Source of the DNA: the human T2T-CHM13v2.0 reference genome, Homo sapiens
Reading direction: 5' to 3' (one strand)
Length of the DNA: 64,000 nt
NCBI RefSeq assembly: GCF_009914755.1
Contig: NC_060948.1
Under the pieces are notes generated by a model that was not told the origin of the DNA, searched no databases, and saw only the letters and a list, made by a program, of their open reading frames with translations. Made by a program: the position numbers and the translations under genes. Shown piece by piece: positions 58,127 to 64,000 of this stretch; positions within the stretch are counted from its first letter, which is position 1; each line of letters opens with the position of its first letter.

Positions 58127-61100
58127 GGGAGAGGGTCAATATGGCTGACTAGAAGCAGCTAATGTGTGCCGTCCTCATGGAGAGAAGAAACAGTAGTGAG
58201 TAAATACTATACCTTCCACTAAAACATTCAGGTGAACACAATGGGATTCATTAAGAAAACAACTTGACCCACAGAGAATGGAGAGAAACAAGACTGAACA
58301 ACTGCCAACAAAGAAGTGGCACTAAGACAAGGGAGTCCCCGCGATGGGGAAATGGCAAGTGAGTGAGAAATCTCAGGGACCCACACTTTTTTATGTATCT
58401 TTGCCACTGTTGGGTCAGGAGATTCTCTCAGGAGCCCATTCAGCCAGGGCCTTCAGACTGCTATGAAGAGCTACGTGGAGTCTGGATAGAGCCACCACTC
58501 AAGCACACACAGTGTCCTGGGAGCCTTGGATCCTGGGCTTCACAGCATTAGTAGCTGCAGTTCCAGCAAAGGGGGAGGTTAGGCTCTCTTACATACCCTG
58601 GGGAAAGGGGCTGAACCCGAAGGGCTAAGCAGCGCCAGTCTGAAGGCTTTGCTTCCACTCTACTTCAGAGAATAAAGACCACTAATTTGGGACTCCAGCC
58701 ACCTCCTACTGGAACTCTGAGGCCAGTAATAGCTCCACACTTCCCTGGGACAAAGTTCCCAGAGGGAGGGGTGGGATGTCATCTTTGTTAGCTCTCATGC
58801 TTTTCTGTCTGTTACCTTCATACTCTGGAGATTCTGAGGTAACTAGGGTCTTTCTGGGACCCCCAACACATTGAAGCTGCCTTACAAAAAAGCATCCAGA
58901 CTGTTTTTAATGCAGGCCTTTATCCCCGTTCTCCTCACTGGCCAGGACCTCCAGATCTGAGAATCCAGCCATTCCTTGCTGGAGTTCTTGGGCCATCAGC
59001 AGCTCTGAACCTCCCTGAGACAGAGACCCCAAAGGGAGGAGTGGGTTGCCATCTTTACTTATTTACATACTTTGCCACTGTTGCCTTCAGCCTCTGGAGA
59101 ATCCATGGCGACTAGAGCTCGGCACAGACCCCCAGTGCAGTGCAGCTGCCCCACAGAAAAGTGGCCTGACTGTTCCCCATGCAGGTCCCTGTCCACACTT
59201 GTCCTTACTGTGCAGGACCTCCTGACCTGGGACTCCAGCCTAACCCCTGTCCTTGCCTTCTCCAAGGAGGAAATCCCAGATTCAATCCACAGCCCCTCCA
59301 CCATTGCAGCTGCAGTAGTACTGCCTTAATTGCCTTCAAGCTGGGAAAAGAACAAAGACAATAGTCATTACACTGGCACCTCCAGTACAGTGCAGCCAGC
59401 ATACATAGAGGAGTCCAGTCTCTCTTCCCTGGAAGCCCCCATGCCCCCTCTTCACCAGGTAGGTCCCCTGGCTCAGGAATGCAGAACAGCCACCCCAACC
59501 ATTGCTGAGCATACCCACTGGTAGTGGCTCTGAGTTTCTGTGGGTAGGAGCTCCCAGAGCCAACTGACAGCCCCTCTGCCACTGCCACAGCAGTGGATCT
59601 GTCCCATCTGACCTCAGTCGGCAGAAGAAACAAAGAGCTTGAGGGCTTCACCTGGGCTTACAGCACATCTCAGCCAACATATGGAGAACAACCCTGTCTC
59701 TCTTCTCTGTAAGCCCTAGACACCCTTCTCCCTGACAATGACAGCCCCTAGCTCAGGCCAGCAGTAAAGCTACCCGGACTCACTGGCTGAATACTCCCAG
59801 TAGCAATGGCTCTGCCTTTCTCATAGGTGGAGCTCCCAGGGAAGACAGAAATCCCTTTTGCCATTGCCTCTCCAGTGAAACTGCCCATGCTGCCCTTGGA
59901 CTAAGGAAACAGCAAAGATCCTGAGTGCCTTATCCATACCTCAAGCAAGCTGTAGTTGCCCTAAGGAGAGGCCAGGCTGTCTCCCACAGATCACACACAC
60001 TCCACTGCTTATCACCAGGAAGTGACCCCAGTTTGGGCCCACAGTGCAGCCACCCCATTCTTAGCCAATCACACTGATTGACTGAAGCTTTACATCTCTC
60101 TTGGTTGGAGCCCCAGAACAAGTGGAGTAGCATTGACCACAACTGCTGCTAAGCTCCCTTTCCCTGCTGCTTCCAAGCTGGGGAGGAAAAATGAAGCCTG
60201 AGATTATTCCAGGGCTTGGGTGTGCAGCCCGAAACTGCTAAGCTGAGATCTGTAACCAGCACTCAAATGGGAGAGGAGACCACATTTTCAGAGCATTAAG
60301 AGAGAATGTAGCTGCAATCAAGAGAAAAAAAAAAAAAGAAAAAGAAAAACAGGAGTCACATAACAGAACCAGCACTTACTTACTAACCATTATGCCTAAG
60401 CAGCACCTACTGGATCACACACCAAAACTTAAACACCAAAACTACATTCTAAGCATACCTTCCTTTGAAACCAAAGACAAGAATTCAGTTTCTGATAAAG
60501 GCCATGTACAGAGCTTCAACCATCTGAAAACACCAAGAAAAGGAGTGTACTGACTACTCAATTTACACTGCAGTTAAAGAAACACCCACAAGTGCAGATG
60601 AGAAAAATACCAACACAATAACTGGCAACTCAAAATGCCAAAGTGTTTCCTTTCCTCAAAATGACTACAGTAGTTCCCCAGCAAGGGTTCTCAGCTGAGC
60701 TGAGATGGCTGAAATATCAGAAGTAGAGTTCAGAATATGGATAGAAATGAAGATCATTGAGATTCAGGAGAACATGAAAATTCAATCCAAGGAAGAAAAG
60801 GATCACAAAAAATGATGGAGGATCTTATAGATAAAACAGTTAGTATTAAAAAAGAACCAAACTAGTCTGATAGAGCTAAGAACACACTATAAGAATTTCA
60901 TAATGAAATTGCAAGTATGAACAGCAGACTAGACCAAGCTGCAGAGATAAACTCAGAGCTTGAAGACAAGCTCTCTGAAATAAGACAGAAATAAAAATGA
61001 AAAAAAATAAAATAAAAAGGAACAAACAAAACCTCTGATAAATATGGGATTACATAATGAGATAAAATCTATGACTTATTGGAGTATGTACTTGAAAGAA

Positions 61101-64000
61101 ATGAGGAGAAAGCAAGCAACTTAGAAAACATATTTCAGGATATTGTCCATAAAAACATTCACAAACTCGCTGGGGAGGCCAACATTCAAATTCAGGAAAT
61201 GCAGAGAACCCCTACAAGATACTACACAAGAAGACCATCACCAAGACATCTAATCATGAGGCATTCCAAGGACAAAATGAAAGAAAAAATATGGCATGAG
61301 GCAGTTACAAAGGGCAAGTCACCTACAAAGAGAACCCCATCAGGCTAACAGCAGATCTTTCAGCAGAAATTCTATAAGCCAGAAAAGATGAGGGGCCTGT
61401 ACTCAACATTCTTAAAGAAAAAATCTTAAACAAGGAATTTCATATTCAGCCAAATAAACTTAGTAGGTGAAGGAGAAATAAGCTCCTTATTAGATATCCA
61501 TACAATACTAGTTGGAGGCTTCAACACTCCATTGAAAGTATTAGACAGAACCAAGCAGAAAAATAACAAAGGTACTCAGGACCTGAACTCAACACTTGAC
61601 CACATGGATCTAATAGACATCTGCAGAACTCTTCATCCAAAAACAACAAATTGTACATTATTCTCATCACCACATAGCACATACACCAAACTTGACCATA
61701 TAATCAGACATAAAATAATCCTCATAAAATTTTAAAAAAATGAAATCATACCAGTCACACTCTCAGACCACAGCACAATAGAAATAGAATTCAATACAAA
61801 GAAAATTGCTCAAAACCATACAATTACATGGAAATTAATCAACCTCCTCCTGATTGACTTTTGGGTAAATAATGGAATTAAGGCAGAAATCAAGTTTTTT
61901 GAAACTAATGAGAACAAAGAGACAAGATAGTTGAATCTCTGGGAAACAGCTATGTCAGTGTTAAAGGGAAATTTATAACAAGAAACACCCACATCAGAAA
62001 GCTGGAAAGATCTCAAATTAACAACCTAACGTCACAACTGGAAGAAGTAAAGAAGCAAGAGCAAACCAACCCCAGAGCTACAAAACGACAAGAAATAACC
62101 AAAATAAGGCTGAATTGAAGGAGACTGAGGCTTAAAAATCCATGCACAATCAACAAAACCAAGAGTTGGTTTTTAGAAAATAAATTATAAGACTGACCAC
62201 TAGTTAGACTAATAAAGAAGAAAAGAGAGAAGATAAAAATAAACACAATTAGAAAGAATGAAGCCATTACCAGTGACCCCACAGAAATACCAATAACTAT
62301 CAGAGACTACCATGAACACCTCTATGCACAAAAACTAGAAAATCTAGAAGAAACAGGTAAACTCCTGGACACATACACCCTTCAAAATCTGAAACAGAAA
62401 ACACTGAATCCCTGAATAGGCCAATATAAAGCTCTGAAATTAAAATAGTAATAAATGTACTAACAACCCAAAAAGGCCTAGAACCAGATGGATTCACAGT
62501 CAAGTTATACCAGGTATACAAAGAAAATCTGGTACCATTCCTAATGAAACTATTCTTAAGAAAATGAGGAGGGACCCCTCCCTAACTCATTCTATGAGGC
62601 CAGCATCATCTCAATATCAATACCGGACAGAGACACACACAAAAATGAAAACTTAAGGCCAATATTCTTGATAAACATAGATGCAAAGATTCTCAACAAA
62701 ATATTAGCAAATCAAATCCAGCAGCATATCAAAAAGCTAATCCACCATGATCCAGTAATCTTTATCCCTGAGATGCAATGTTGGTTCAACATACAAAAAT
62801 CACTAAATTTAATTCATCACGTAAACAGTGCTAAAGAAAAATACATATGATTTTCTCAGTAGATGCAGAAATGGCTTTCAATAAAATTCAAAATCCCTTC
62901 ATGTAAAAAAACGATCAATAAACTATGCATTAAAGAAACATACTTTAAAATAATAACAGCTATCTATGACAAACCCACCGGCAACATCATACTGAATGGC
63001 AAAAGCTGAAAGCATTTTGATTTATAGCCAGCACAAGACAAGGATACCCTCTTTCACCACCACTATTCCACATAGTACAAAAGTCCTGACCAGGCAATCA
63101 GACAAGAAGAAAAACTAAAAGACATCCAAATAGGATGAGAGGAAGTCAAACTATCCCTTTTTGCAGATGACATGATTCTATGTCTTAAAGCACCCCATAG
63201 TCTCTTCACAAAAGCTCTGAGAGCTGATAAACAACTTCAGCAACATTTAAAGATACAAAATAAACATATAGAAATCAGTAGCATTCCCGTACTCCAACAA
63301 CATCCAAGCCAGGAGCCAAATCAGGCACGCAATCACATTCACAATTGCCACAAATTAGATAAAATATCTAGTGATACAGCTAACCAGGGAGGTGAAAGAT
63401 CTCTACAATAAAAATAACAAACCACTGCTCAAAGAAATCAGAGACAACACAAACAAATTTAAAAAAATATATGCTCATGGGTAGGAAGAATTAATATCTT
63501 TAAAATGGCCATACTGCCAAAACCAACTTACAGATTCGAAAGTTATTCTTATCAAACTGCCAATAACATTCTTCACAAAATTAGTAAATGCTATTTTAAA
63601 ATTCATATGAAACAAAAAAGAAGCCTGCATAGCCAAATCAATCTTTAGCAGAAAGAAGAAAGGTGAAGGCATTATGTTACCCAAATTCAAACTATACTAT
63701 AGGGTTAAAGTAACCAAAACAGCATGGTACTGGTAAAACAAAACAAAACAAAAGAAAAAAACAGAAACAGAGAACAATGGAACACAACAGACAGCTCAGC
63801 AATAATGCCACATACCTACAATGATCTCATCTTTGACAAAGGTGACAAAAACATTCAATGGGGAAAGGACTCTCTTCAATAAATAGTGCCGAGATAACTG
63901 GCTAGCCATATGCAGAAGATTGAAACTGGATCCCTTCCTTACACTATACATAAAAATCAACTCAAGATGGATTAAAGAGTTAAATGTAACAGCTAAAATT
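58127..64000 (+). mobile_element. 5'-intact L1PA13-16-type element, degenerate: ~2.5-kb 5'UTR, ORF1 from 60598, internal deletion near 61495, ORF2 running off the window
   Basis: Starts gggagagggtcaatatggctgactagaagcagc; peptides ..NLENIFQDIVH..ANIQIQEMQRTPTRYY.. and ..[26 protein letters not shown]..; many stops and frameshifts. Confidence 0.93.

Noticed and set aside
59205-59651. 148-aa antisense ORF in the L1 5'UTR (ORF0-like)
   Set aside because: It lies in GC-richer repeat units where open frames arise by chance, and I see no resemblance to ORF0 of young L1PA elements.
60598-64000. Functional L1 ORF1/ORF2
   Set aside because: Numerous stops and frameshifts, plus a deletion removing the ORF1 end and ORF2 start.

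Overview
AT-rich, CpG-poor primate (human-like) genomic DNA made up mostly of interspersed repeats. I found no protein-coding gene, RNA gene, CpG island or CRISPR array, and every ORF in the track is a transposon remnant or an unrecognisable short frame. Contents: many L1 fragments of different ages, including two twin-priming inversions, one probable 3' transduction and a 5'-intact L1PA13-16-type copy running off the window end; 13 Alus; MIR, L2 and DNA-transposon relics; and a dense set of LTR elements (MER4-group LTRs plus a two-LTR MER4 provirus, MLT2A, LTR10-like, LTR12, two LTR7, a HERV-W LTR17, THE1/MST, MER21, MLT1). The best leads are retrotransposition and rearrangement scars, TE-borne motifs (CTCF, DUX4, p53, NF-Y) and candidate non-coding exons. 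I cannot support a new biological system. Subfamily names come from recalled consensus sequences and need RepeatMasker/Dfam confirmation.
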